A stretch of DNA of 64,000 nucleotides from Rhodospirillales bacterium (GTDB lineage: Bacteria; Pseudomonadota; Alphaproteobacteria; Rhodospirillales; UBA2165), in the NCBI GenBank assembly GCA_012960465.1, contig DUBF01000103.1, forward strand, positions 12,839-76,838, read 5' to 3'. Made by a program: the position numbers and the translations under genes. How positions within the stretch are numbered: the first letter of the stretch is position 1; every line of letters begins with the position of its first letter. Below, piece after piece: positions 8,575 to 17,266 of this stretch. Below the pieces are notes generated by a model. That model did no database searches. It was not told where the DNA came from and was given only the letters and a program-made list of their open reading frames with translations.

Positions 8575-10320
8575 TTATATTCCCCTACGCTTATTAGCAT
8601 CTTTTGGAAGGCCGACTTTAAGTTTGAGTTTAATTTTTGGAATTTGGTCTTTCTCAGGCTCTAGAATTAGAGCTCTATTCCATTGAAAAGTGGCTTCGCT
8701 TTTTCGGCCAATTGCCCAATAGATATCACCGAGATGATCATTGATAGTTGGGTCTTCTGGGCGTATTAGAACGGCTCGTTCCAATTGTTTAACAGCCTCC
8801 TCAATTTTTCCTAAACGATAAAGGGCCCAACCGAGACTATCAATAATATAACCGTCTCTGGGGCGCTTCTTTACGGCAGTTCGAATCATTTTTTGAGCTC
8901 GGTCTAACTGTAGACCTTGTTCAACCCATGAATAACCTAAGTAATTTAAAATACTAGGGTGATTGGGGCGTAATCTTAAGGCTTCGAGCAGGTTTTTTTC
9001 AGCCATCGCCCATTTCTCGATTCTTTCATAGGAAATCCCCAAAGAAAAATATAATGACCAATATTGACCGTTATTAGTTTGGATTCTTTTTTTGGCTTGC
9101 TCATAGGCGTTGATTGAAGCTTGGTAGCGTTTATGGCCTTGGAGAATATCTCCTATTTTAATTAGAGTATCAACCCGTTTGTTTCTCTCTATCGACATAG
9201 CTTGAAGTTTACGGATGGCATCATCCGTATCATCAAGGCGATCTAAATTATCTGCGATCCTGAGGCGTGCAGCCCATGAATAATTAGGGTCCTTGGATAT
9301 ATTATGATAGATAACATTAGCGTCTTTTAGATTATTATTTTCTTCCATCGACCTGGCCAATAATAGTTTGGCTATGGAAAAAGATGGACGAAGGTAGACG
9401 GCTAGGCGCGAAAAAAGGATTGCTTGATAGGAGTTCTGATTTTGAATAGAAAAACCCAAACTAAAAAGTGCTTCAGCTATGCCATCTAATATTGTTCTAT
9501 TATTTGGCCCCGGCTTTTTGCCTGTTTTTAGACGCTGATACGCGATATCCAACATGGTCGTCGTTAGGTACTGACTTTTATAATCGTCATAAATTGATTT
9601 TGCTTTTTTCTTTTTTCCTAAGCGTTCATATAAATTTCCTAATAAAATAGTAGCACGCAAATTTGGGTTTTTACGCAACGCTGATGCCGTTTTGTAACGC
9701 GTTATTGCATCCTTGTTTTTGCCTCCAAATTCGCTGATTAACGCACCTTGAACACCAAAAAGTGTTTCTAGTCCCGGGGTGTTAGTTTTTTGGTCAATTA
9801 TCTTTAAGGCGTCGTTATTTTTGTTCTGAGCTACTAAAAGCCATGCTTTGAGCATTGGCAGTAAATAGGTATTTAGTCCGCCTTCCGGAAGCATCTCAAT
9901 GTTCTTAAATGCTTTTAAAAATTTTTGATTCTTAATCTCAGCAAGGACGAGTATCAGGCTGGAGATATTTGACGCACCAGGTGAAAGTTTTAAAAGCTGT
10001 TTTGCTTTGGGCAGCGCTTCCTCGATTTTTCCCTCTGAAACTAGTAATGTAACAACCCGTTGAAGAAGAGAAATATTGTCTGGAGATCCTTTGAGAGCCG
10101 ATAAATAGTAACGGATTGCAATGCGTGGGTTAGAGTCAAATTGGGCTTGGCGAGCTGCAAGATAGCTACCTAGCTGCGATTTTATTGAATTAGGTAACCT
10201 TTTTTCAGCTAATATTGTTTCAGGAATAGCTAGTCCAATGAATAAACTAATAGTTAGTGTTATCATTATGGGTAACGTGCATTTTCTAGATAAGAATTTT
10301 GAAATGTTCATATTAGCCAT
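8575..10320 (-). CDS. Tetratricopeptide-repeat protein with an N-terminal signal/anchor
   Basis: 581 aa with many TPR-like A/Y/L repeats (AIRYYLSALK, ALPKAKQLLKLSP, ATFQWNRALILEP). It is the usual neighbour upstream of ispE in alphaproteobacteria. Confidence 0.75.
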   Translation of the reverse strand: MANMNISKFLSRKCTLPIMITLTISLFIGLAIPETILAEKRLPNSIKSQLGSYLAARQAQFDSNPRIAIRYYLSALKGSPDNISLLQRVVTLLVSEGKIEEALPKAKQLLKLSPGASNISSLILVLAEIKNQKFLKAFKNIEMLPEGGLNTYLLPMLKAWLLVAQNKNNDALKIIDQKTNTPGLETLFGVQGALISEFGGKNKDAITRYKTASALRKNPNLRATILLGNLYERLGKKKKAKSIYDDYKSQYLTTTMLDIAYQRLKTGKKPGPNNRTILDGIAEALFSLGFSIQNQNSYQAILFSRLAVYLRPSFSIAKLLLARSMEENNNLKDANVIYHNISKDPNYSWAARLRIADNLDRLDDTDDAIRKLQAMSIERNKRVDTLIKIGDILQGHKRYQASINAYEQAKKRIQTNNGQYWSLYFSLGISYERIEKWAMAEKNLLEALRLRPNHPSILNYLGYSWVEQGLQLDRAQKMIRTAVKKRPRDGYIIDSLGWALYRLGKIEEAVKQLERAVLIRPEDPTINDHLGDIYWAIGRKSEATFQWNRALILEPEKDQIPKIKLKLKVGLPKDANKRRGI

Positions 10321-10419
10321 GGGACGCCTTTTTTGAATTTAATAGATCGAGTTTAGATGTAGACGGTTTAATTCCGAGATTGAGATGTCGCTAAACGATA
10401 CGATCCCAATTTATTTACT

Positions 10420-12090
10420 TTACATATTAGGGTAATTTGGCCCGCCGCCTCCTTCAGGTGTTACCCATTCAATATTTTGTGTTGGATCCTTAATGTCGCA
10501 GGTTTTGCAATGGACGCAATTTTGTGAATTGATTTGTAAACGCTGTACTTTATCTTCTTCAACGTATTCGTACACACCAGCCGGGCAATAACGCACCTCT
10601 GGTCCATCATAATCTGAGAGATTTAAATCAACCGGAATGTTGTGATTTTTAAGAGTTAAATGGCTTGGTTGGTCTTCCTCATGATTGGTTCCTGAAAATG
10701 AAACATTGGTTAGCTTATCAAATGTAATTTTACCATCTGGTTTTGGATAATCAATTGGCATGCAATCTTTAGCTTTTTTTAATTTTGTATGATCTGCGCC
10801 ATGAAATTTAATGGTCCAAGGTGCTTTGCCACGAAGAAGCATTTGATCGAGACCAGTATATATCGTGCCCAACAGCAGACCCCATTTAAATGAAGGCCGG
10901 ACATTGCGAGCGCTATGAAGTTCTTTACCGGCCCATGAACTTATAAATGCCTTGCCATAATCCACCAACTCATCATTGGCGCGTCCACCTATAATTGCCT
11001 TAAAACTGCTTTCAGCCGCCAACATGCCTGACTTCATTGCTGTATGTGTACCTTTTATTTTTGGCGTATTTAGCGTTCCAGCATCACACCCTGTCAGGAC
11101 GCCGCCTGGGAAGTAGAGTTTTGGGAGGCATTGAAGTCCGCCTTCATTTAAAGCCCGTGCGCCATACGAAATACGTCTTCCACCTTCAAGCATTGGCTTA
11201 ATCGCAGGATGTGTTTTAAACCGTTGAAATTCTTCATAAGGGCTGAGATAGGGGTTTTGATAGTCAAGCCCAACGACAAAACCAATGGCAATTTGATTGT
11301 GGTCCAGATGATATACAAACGATCCGCCATATGTATCATTACTTAGGGGCCAACCAGCTGTATGCATGACTTCGCCTTTTTTGTGCTTGGCGGGGTCTAC
11401 TTCCCAAAGTTCCTTAATGCCGATACCATAGGTTTGGGGCTGGATATTTTGTTCTAGATTAAATTTTTCTTTGAGTTGCTTGCCAAGATGGCCTCTGCAG
11501 CCTTCCGCAAAAAAAGTATATTTAGCATGGATCTCCATTCCCTGCTGGTAGTTTGGTCCTGGCGTATAATCTTGACCTATACCCATGTCGCCAGTTGCGA
11601 TGCCTTTGACAGAACCATCATCATTATAGAGAATTTCAGCAGCAGCAAAGCCCGGATAAATTTCAACACCCATGGCCTCGGCCTGTTCTCCCAGCCAGCG
11701 GCTAAAGTTGCCAAGGCTTATAATGTAATTACCATTATTATGCATAGCTGGCGGTAAAAAGAGATTAGGTACGTTTAGCGCACCATTTTTTGATAGAAAC
11801 ATCATTTTTTCACGTGTAACTAGCGTTTTTAACGGTGTTTCTTTCTCCTTCCAATCAGGAATTAGCTCATCTAATGCGCGTGTTTCTAGGACTGCACCTG
11901 ATAAAATATGAGCTCCAACTTCTGACCCTTTCTCAACGATACAAACGTTAAGTTCGCGATCAGCCATTAATGCTAGCTGCATTAGACGAATAGCTGCTGA
12001 TAGTCCGGACGGCCCCGCCCCAACAATCACGACATCAACTTGTATCGATTCGCGCGCTACACTCATTTCATTATTCATTAGGTGCACCAA
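10420..12090 (-). CDS. Electron-transfer flavoprotein:ubiquinone oxidoreductase (ETF-QO)
   Basis: 556 aa. It has the FAD motif [14 protein letters not shown] and a C-terminal 4Fe-4S ferredoxin-like motif (CPAGVYEY...[12 protein letters not shown]). Confidence 0.9.
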   Translation of the reverse strand: MVHLMNNEMSVARESIQVDVVIVGAGPSGLSAAIRLMQLALMADRELNVCIVEKGSEVGAHILSGAVLETRALDELIPDWKEKETPLKTLVTREKMMFLSKNGALNVPNLFLPPAMHNNGNYIISLGNFSRWLGEQAEAMGVEIYPGFAAAEILYNDDGSVKGIATGDMGIGQDYTPGPNYQQGMEIHAKYTFFAEGCRGHLGKQLKEKFNLEQNIQPQTYGIGIKELWEVDPAKHKKGEVMHTAGWPLSNDTYGGSFVYHLDHNQIAIGFVVGLDYQNPYLSPYEEFQRFKTHPAIKPMLEGGRRISYGARALNEGGLQCLPKLYFPGGVLTGCDAGTLNTPKIKGTHTAMKSGMLAAESSFKAIIGGRANDELVDYGKAFISSWAGKELHSARNVRPSFKWGLLLGTIYTGLDQMLLRGKAPWTIKFHGADHTKLKKAKDCMPIDYPKPDGKITFDKLTNVSFSGTNHEEDQPSHLTLKNHNIPVDLNLSDYDGPEVRYCPAGVYEYVEEDKVQRLQINSQNCVHCKTCDIKDPTQNIEWVTPEGGGGPNYPNM

Positions 12091-12228
12091 AGTAATTTAT
12101 TTTATTTCAATTATACCCTATGGTCGTATCACGGTAAATTCAAATTCTTGAGGATTTCATCAATAAATATTTTAATCCTCAAATATATTAATTTCCGCAT
12201 CTGTATAAATGGAGCCTGCTGTTAACTG

Positions 12229-13122
12229 ATGATTAAAAAAGATACCTCTTTACGAGAAGATTTAATCTGGCAAATTGAGGCCGGGATCGATGAGTGTATT
12301 GGTGAAACGCCAATTGATCGTTTTACCAAACCACCAATTGAAATTATTGATGAAAAATCTAGTCAATCCGATCAGAAGGTAATGGCAAATTTCGGAGGCT
12401 ATCAGGCTCAAATGTCAGATAATATTTCTAATATTTTCCAAACGGTAAAACCAGTCGCGACCCAATTATTACCAGAGCCACCGCAAAGTTTTGGTTCAGT
12501 TCCTGAACGTGCAGTTTTATCTGCTGTCGCTATGGCTGGAGCTGCTAATACCATTTTAGATTTAAGGACTGCCGTTGAGAGTTTTGAAGAATGTGGGTTA
12601 AAAAAGACGGCAATGAACACGGTTTTTGCTGATGGAAATCCGTCGGCAAAGATAATGTTCATAGACGCAGTGCCGGGTGCTGATGAAGATCGCAAAGGTC
12701 TACCTTTAATTGGTTCTAGTGGCCAATTTTTGGATAAAATGTTGGCTTCGATTGATCTCGATCGCTCCAGCTGTTACATAACGAATGTTGTCTTTTGGCG
12801 GCCACCAGGTGATCGTGAGCTTACATCCGATGAAATTGCAGCGTGCATTCCGTTTGTTGAAAGACATGTTGAATTAGTTTCACCAGAGATACTGGTTTTA
12901 CTTGGTGGACCTGTTTCAAAAGCATTGTTAGGGATGAAAGAAGGGATAACGAAAATACATGGTCAGTGGTTTGACTATTCGACACCAAAAATGGCGGCCC
13001 CAATTTTAGCAATTCCATTATATCATCCAGCTAATTTACTAAGCTCTCCAGCTCATAAACCGGACGTATGGCGCGATCTTTTAAAAATCAAAGAAAAGCT
13101 CGCTTATAAACTTCAAATATAA
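12229..13122 (+). CDS. Uracil-DNA glycosylase superfamily protein, a divergent family-4-like form with an N-terminal extension
   Basis: 297 aa. The C-terminal 190 aa align to family-4 UDG (DEDRKGLPLIGSSGQFLDKML...YITNVVFWRPPGDR...HPANLL). Motif A reads DAVPG instead of GE(A/G)PG. Confidence 0.7.
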   Translation: MIKKDTSLREDLIWQIEAGIDECIGETPIDRFTKPPIEIIDEKSSQSDQKVMANFGGYQAQMSDNISNIFQTVKPVATQLLPEPPQSFGSVPERAVLSAVAMAGAANTILDLRTAVESFEECGLKKTAMNTVFADGNPSAKIMFIDAVPGADEDRKGLPLIGSSGQFLDKMLASIDLDRSSCYITNVVFWRPPGDRELTSDEIAACIPFVERHVELVSPEILVLLGGPVSKALLGMKEGITKIHGQWFDYSTPKMAAPILAIPLYHPANLLSSPAHKPDVWRDLLKIKEKLAYKLQI

Positions 13123-13243
13123 AAATTTGATCTATTGCTTGAACTAGTAGTTTACCTTAAGTTGGAACGTGTACAAGAAGTAGTTTATCCCGTGTTCATG
13201 CTGGGTTAAGCTTTTTTTTAATAGTACTCATTCTTGAAATTTT

Positions 13244-15097
13244 TTGAGGTTTACTGGTCCTGTGATATTGAATTTTATTACCAGAAAATCTGTCAGACAA
13301 CTGCTTAGCCTGTCGATTTTTATATTGGGCTCATTTTTATTTGGTAGCGATTTTGTTCAGGCAACGTCAAAGTCACCGGGAAATAGTTTAGTACAGCCTT
13401 TCGACGTTAAGCATATTTCAGGAATTGTCTCTGAAGCTGATGCAAGCCGGTATAGGGTAATTTTCGATTTGCAACAAAATGGCGATTGGCGAGCAGCGGA
13501 CAAGATTATAAAAATTTTAGGCGATAAAAATTTAATGGGGCACGTTCTTGCTCAGCGTTATCTGCATCCGACGAAATATCGTTCCCGTTATAAAGAGCTA
13601 AAGGCCTGGCTTGATAGTTATGCGGATCATCCTCATGCTAGAAGGATATATAAACTTGCGCTTAAACGTAGGCCTAAGAATTGGAAATTACCAAAAAAAC
13701 CAGTTGTCATACAAAACTCTAATTCTTTTATTGCAAAGCGCGATTTAGGGTATGCTGTTTACAACCCTCGAAAAGCGCTAAAAAAGGCTGAGCGTCAGGA
13801 ACGCCGCCAATTATCCAGGCAGATGCGTTATTACTCGCGCAAAGGTTGGACGAAGTCTTACAAAAAACTGGTCAGAAGTAAGCGCGTGAAAAAACTTTTT
13901 CATTTTGTTGAATTGGATCGAACTAAGGCTAACCTTGCGGCCGGTTATTATGCAGACGGGCGGGATCAGTGGGCCTATGATTGGTCGATCCAAGCAATAA
14001 AAAGATCCGGTAAATATCTCCCTGAGGCGCATTGGGTGGCTGCTTTGTCGGCATGGCGTTTAGCCCGTTTTAATCTCTCACGCAAACATTTTGAGGCAGT
14101 TTCCGGCTCAGCCTACTCTTCTCCTTGGCTTGTGAGTGCAGGTGCATTCTGGGCAGCTCGTGCTAGTATTAAAGTGCGAAAACCAACGTTATATAATAAA
14201 TATCTTGAAATAGCATCTGCTTATCCCAGAACTTTTTATGGTATCTTAGCGCGCCGAATATTGGGGCTTGAAGTTAAATATAATTGGACTCCACCGCCAC
14301 TTGAGAAGGATGCATTGCTTGAGCTTGCTAGAGCGCCTGGTGGGCAACGGGCGGTTTCATTATTGCAAATTGGTGAGGATCGGCGTGCAGAGAGTGAATT
14401 AAAATTATTGTTTCGAACAGCTAAACCTGAATTAGCCAGAGCTATGATGGCAGTGGCTGATCGGGCTGATATGCCATCACTAGCAATGCGGATTGGTAAT
14501 ATGCTCGTCGCTTCAGGTTCTAGTCTATTTGATAGTACAGCTTATCCGGCACCAACTCTTCCAACTAACGACGGTGGTGTTAACGATCGCTCTCTTGTTT
14601 TAGCTCTAATTCGGCAAGAATCGCGTTTTAATCCCAAGGCAAAAAGTCATCGCGGAGCGAGAGGGTTATTACAACTTATGCCCAGGACCGCCAGTTTTAT
14701 AGCACGTGATCGTAGGTTAAAAGGTTCAAAAAAAGATAGAGATGCTCTATTTGATCCTGAAACCAATCTTTCGCTCGGGCAGAAATATATCAACATATTA
14801 ATGAACGATAAGGCTGTTAAAGGGGATTTATTTAAGATGCTGGTCGCCTGGAATGGTGGGCCGGGAAATCTTAATAAGTGGAGCCGCAAAGTTAATTACA
14901 AGAATGATCCGTTGCTGTTTATTGAGAGTATTCCATCAAAGGAGACACGAATATTTGTTGAGCGGGTCTTAACCAATTATTGGATTTATCAGGCTCGTTT
15001 TGGTAGTGCTAATCCCTCACTGGATCTTGTTGCAAATGGAGAATGGCCAAGCTATCAAACTTTATCAAAATTTGAAGTTGAGTTAGCCGAAGATTAA
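13244..15097 (+). CDS. Soluble lytic murein transglycosylase (Slt family)
   Basis: 617 aa with a signal peptide and a helical superhelix region. The SLT catalytic motif is LIRQESRFNPKAKSHRGARGLLQLMPRTA. Confidence 0.85.
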   Translation: MRFTGPVILNFITRKSVRQLLSLSIFILGSFLFGSDFVQATSKSPGNSLVQPFDVKHISGIVSEADASRYRVIFDLQQNGDWRAADKIIKILGDKNLMGHVLAQRYLHPTKYRSRYKELKAWLDSYADHPHARRIYKLALKRRPKNWKLPKKPVVIQNSNSFIAKRDLGYAVYNPRKALKKAERQERRQLSRQMRYYSRKGWTKSYKKLVRSKRVKKLFHFVELDRTKANLAAGYYADGRDQWAYDWSIQAIKRSGKYLPEAHWVAALSAWRLARFNLSRKHFEAVSGSAYSSPWLVSAGAFWAARASIKVRKPTLYNKYLEIASAYPRTFYGILARRILGLEVKYNWTPPPLEKDALLELARAPGGQRAVSLLQIGEDRRAESELKLLFRTAKPELARAMMAVADRADMPSLAMRIGNMLVASGSSLFDSTAYPAPTLPTNDGGVNDRSLVLALIRQESRFNPKAKSHRGARGLLQLMPRTASFIARDRRLKGSKKDRDALFDPETNLSLGQKYINILMNDKAVKGDLFKMLVAWNGGPGNLNKWSRKVNYKNDPLLFIESIPSKETRIFVERVLTNYWIYQARFGSANPSLDLVANGEWPSYQTLSKFEVELAED

Positions 15098-15116
15098 ATA
15101 AAGAGGGTCCAAGATA

Positions 15117-15647
15117 ATGAGCCGAATTAATGCTAAGCGTAAATTCTTGCCTGTTAACATTGCCGTTTTAACTGTTTCAGATACACGCACTTTGAAGGAT
15201 GATAAATCGGGTAATATTTTAGTTGATCGTATTGAAGGCGCTGGTCATGTTGTGATTGATCGAGATATCATTAAAGATGATGTCCATAGTATTATTGCAA
15301 AATTAGAGAGTTGGATTTCGAAGGAGAATGTTGATGTTGTGATATCAACTGGTGGAACTGGTGTTACGGGTAGAGATGTTACTCCGGAGGCCTTTCACGC
15401 TGTTTACGAAAAGACGATCCCGGGTTTTGGTGAATTATTTAGGTTATTGAGTTTTGATAAGATTGGTACTTCTACAATTCAATCACGTGCCACTGCAGGT
15501 GTTGCTGGTGGGACATATTTATTTGCCCTACCGGGATCTCCCGGAGCTTGCAAAGACGCTTGGGATGACATTCTAGTTCATCAACTTGATTACCGGTTTA
15601 CACCTTGTAATTTTGTGGAACTTATGCCCCGTTTGTCGGAAAAATAG
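15117..15647 (+). CDS. moaB: Molybdenum cofactor biosynthesis protein B (MoaB/Mog fold)
   Basis: 176 aa with the MoCF_biosynth pattern (AVLTVSDTR...DKSG...ISTGGTGVTGRDVTPEA...PGSPGA). Confidence 0.8.
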   Translation: MSRINAKRKFLPVNIAVLTVSDTRTLKDDKSGNILVDRIEGAGHVVIDRDIIKDDVHSIIAKLESWISKENVDVVISTGGTGVTGRDVTPEAFHAVYEKTIPGFGELFRLLSFDKIGTSTIQSRATAGVAGGTYLFALPGSPGACKDAWDDILVHQLDYRFTPCNFVELMPRLSEK

Positions 15648-15898
15648 AAGCGCTACGAGAGCAGATTGAAAATATCTGAACTTTTAGGTGATTAATGATA
15701 CCATCATCAAAAAGTAAAAATTACTATGATTATAAGGATAGTGCCAATCGGGCACTCTTTGATTATAGTCCACCATAGAATTTGCTAGAAGCCCATTGAC
15801 AGAATTAGAATGGGGCTTAGAATTGAAATCCAAGGGCCAGGTGATTACGGCAATATTTTGGCATTATAATTATAAAAAAATAAAATTGGGAGGCCTAG

Positions 15899-16756
15899 TT
15901 GAAACCAGCGGCATTTAATTATGCGAAGCCTACGTCTGTTGGTGAAGCACTTGGTTTGCTTGCTAAGCATGATGGCGATGCAAAAGTTTTGGCAGGGGGC
16001 CAGAGTTTGATCCCAACGCTAAATATGCGGCTCTCTACTCCATCCTTACTTATTGATATTAATGGTATTGGTGACTTAAGCGGCATCTCCGTGATGGGTG
16101 GAGAAGTGAGAATTGGGGCTCTGACCCGCCATGTTGAGATAGAGAATTCCTCAAAAATCGCAAAACACGTGCCGCTTCTAGCGCTGGCAATGCCCTCAAT
16201 CGCGCACCCTGCAATACGTAACCGAGGAACTATAGGCGGGAGTATTGCGATGGCTGATCCTGCGGCTGAATTACCAGCTTGTTTGTGTGCACTGGACAGT
16301 GAAATTGAAATTACTGGTCCGGCAGGTGTCCGCGGTGTTGCTGCAAAAGATTTTTTCAAATCTCTTTATGAAACAGATGCTGGTGAAAACGAAATTTTGA
16401 CGGCAATTAAAATTCCTAAAATAGCAAAGGGCTATCGTTCGGCATTTGATGAATTAGCCAGGCGGCATGGTGATTATGCAATGTGTGGCGTTGTAGCCCA
16501 TGGCAAATGTGATGGGGATATTATTTCAGATTTTAGGTTGGTATTTTTTGCGGTTGGTGGAACGCCTGTTATAGCAACAGATGCTATGGATGCTATGGAG
16601 GGTATGGCAGTTAACGATGAGAGTATTATTGCCGCGCAAAAAGCTCTCGATAATGATTTGGAGACATTCTCTGATTTGCATTGTTCCGCAACTCTCAGAA
16701 TGCATTACGCAAAAGTGTTAACTAAGCGTGTTTTAACCTCACTGGTTAAACCGTAA
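15899..16756 (+). CDS. Molybdenum hydroxylase FAD-binding medium subunit (CoxM-like)
   Basis: 285 aa. It has the FAD_binding_5 pattern (AGGQSLIPTLNMR; RNRGTIGGSIAMADPAAELP). The start is TTG, 5 nt after GGGAGG. Confidence 0.85.
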   Translation: MKPAAFNYAKPTSVGEALGLLAKHDGDAKVLAGGQSLIPTLNMRLSTPSLLIDINGIGDLSGISVMGGEVRIGALTRHVEIENSSKIAKHVPLLALAMPSIAHPAIRNRGTIGGSIAMADPAAELPACLCALDSEIEITGPAGVRGVAAKDFFKSLYETDAGENEILTAIKIPKIAKGYRSAFDELARRHGDYAMCGVVAHGKCDGDIISDFRLVFFAVGGTPVIATDAMDAMEGMAVNDESIIAAQKALDNDLETFSDLHCSATLRMHYAKVLTKRVLTSLVKP

Positions 16757-16775
16757 TTGGGTGGAGTTGTATTAG

Positions 16776-17264
16776 ATGTCAAATAAAATTGAACAAGTCC
16801 AATTAGATGTTGATGTTAATGGCGAAAAAATTTCTCGGATGATTGAGCCAAGACTTTCTCTAGTAGATTTTTTGCGGAATGAGTTGGAGCTCACAGGTTC
16901 CCACGTTGGTTGTGAGCATGGTGTCTGTGGGGCATGCACAGTTCTTGTTGACGGGGTAATTGTGCGTGGTTGCTTGATGCTAGCTATCCAGACTAATGGC
17001 GCTGAGGTTATGACCATTGAGGGCCAGTCTGATAGTGGCGCAATTACTGATTTACAAGAAGCATTTCATGAGCGAAATGCTTTACAATGTGGGTTTTGCA
17101 CACCGGGAATGCTGCTGACGTCGACGGAATTATTACAGAAAAAATCAGACCCTAGCCGAGAAGAGATCCGTGAGTATTTATCTGGGAATTACTGCCGGTG
17201 TACTGGTTATGAAGCGATTGTCGATGCGGTCGAAGCTGTTGCAGCGGTAAGAAGGGATGTGTAA
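16776..17264 (+). CDS. Molybdenum hydroxylase [2Fe-2S] small subunit (CoxS-like)
   Basis: 162 aa. Both cluster motifs are present: GCEHGVCGACTV and CGFCTPGML...CRCTGY. Confidence 0.9.
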   Translation: MSNKIEQVQLDVDVNGEKISRMIEPRLSLVDFLRNELELTGSHVGCEHGVCGACTVLVDGVIVRGCLMLAIQTNGAEVMTIEGQSDSGAITDLQEAFHERNALQCGFCTPGMLLTSTELLQKKSDPSREEIREYLSGNYCRCTGYEAIVDAVEAVAAVRRDV

Positions 17265-17266
17265 TT

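Noticed and set aside
15648-15898. Possible Moco riboswitch upstream of the Mo-hydroxylase operon, just after moaB
   Set aside because: The context is suggestive and an imperfect hairpin is present (AAGCCC...GGGCTT near 15790..15825). I could not identify the conserved Moco-motif sequence blocks by eye; this needs an Infernal/Rfam scan.
15919-16359. 146-aa ORF on the minus strand
   Set aside because: It is antisense to the CoxM-like gene and has shadow-ORF composition (Ala/Ser/Pro/Ile runs).
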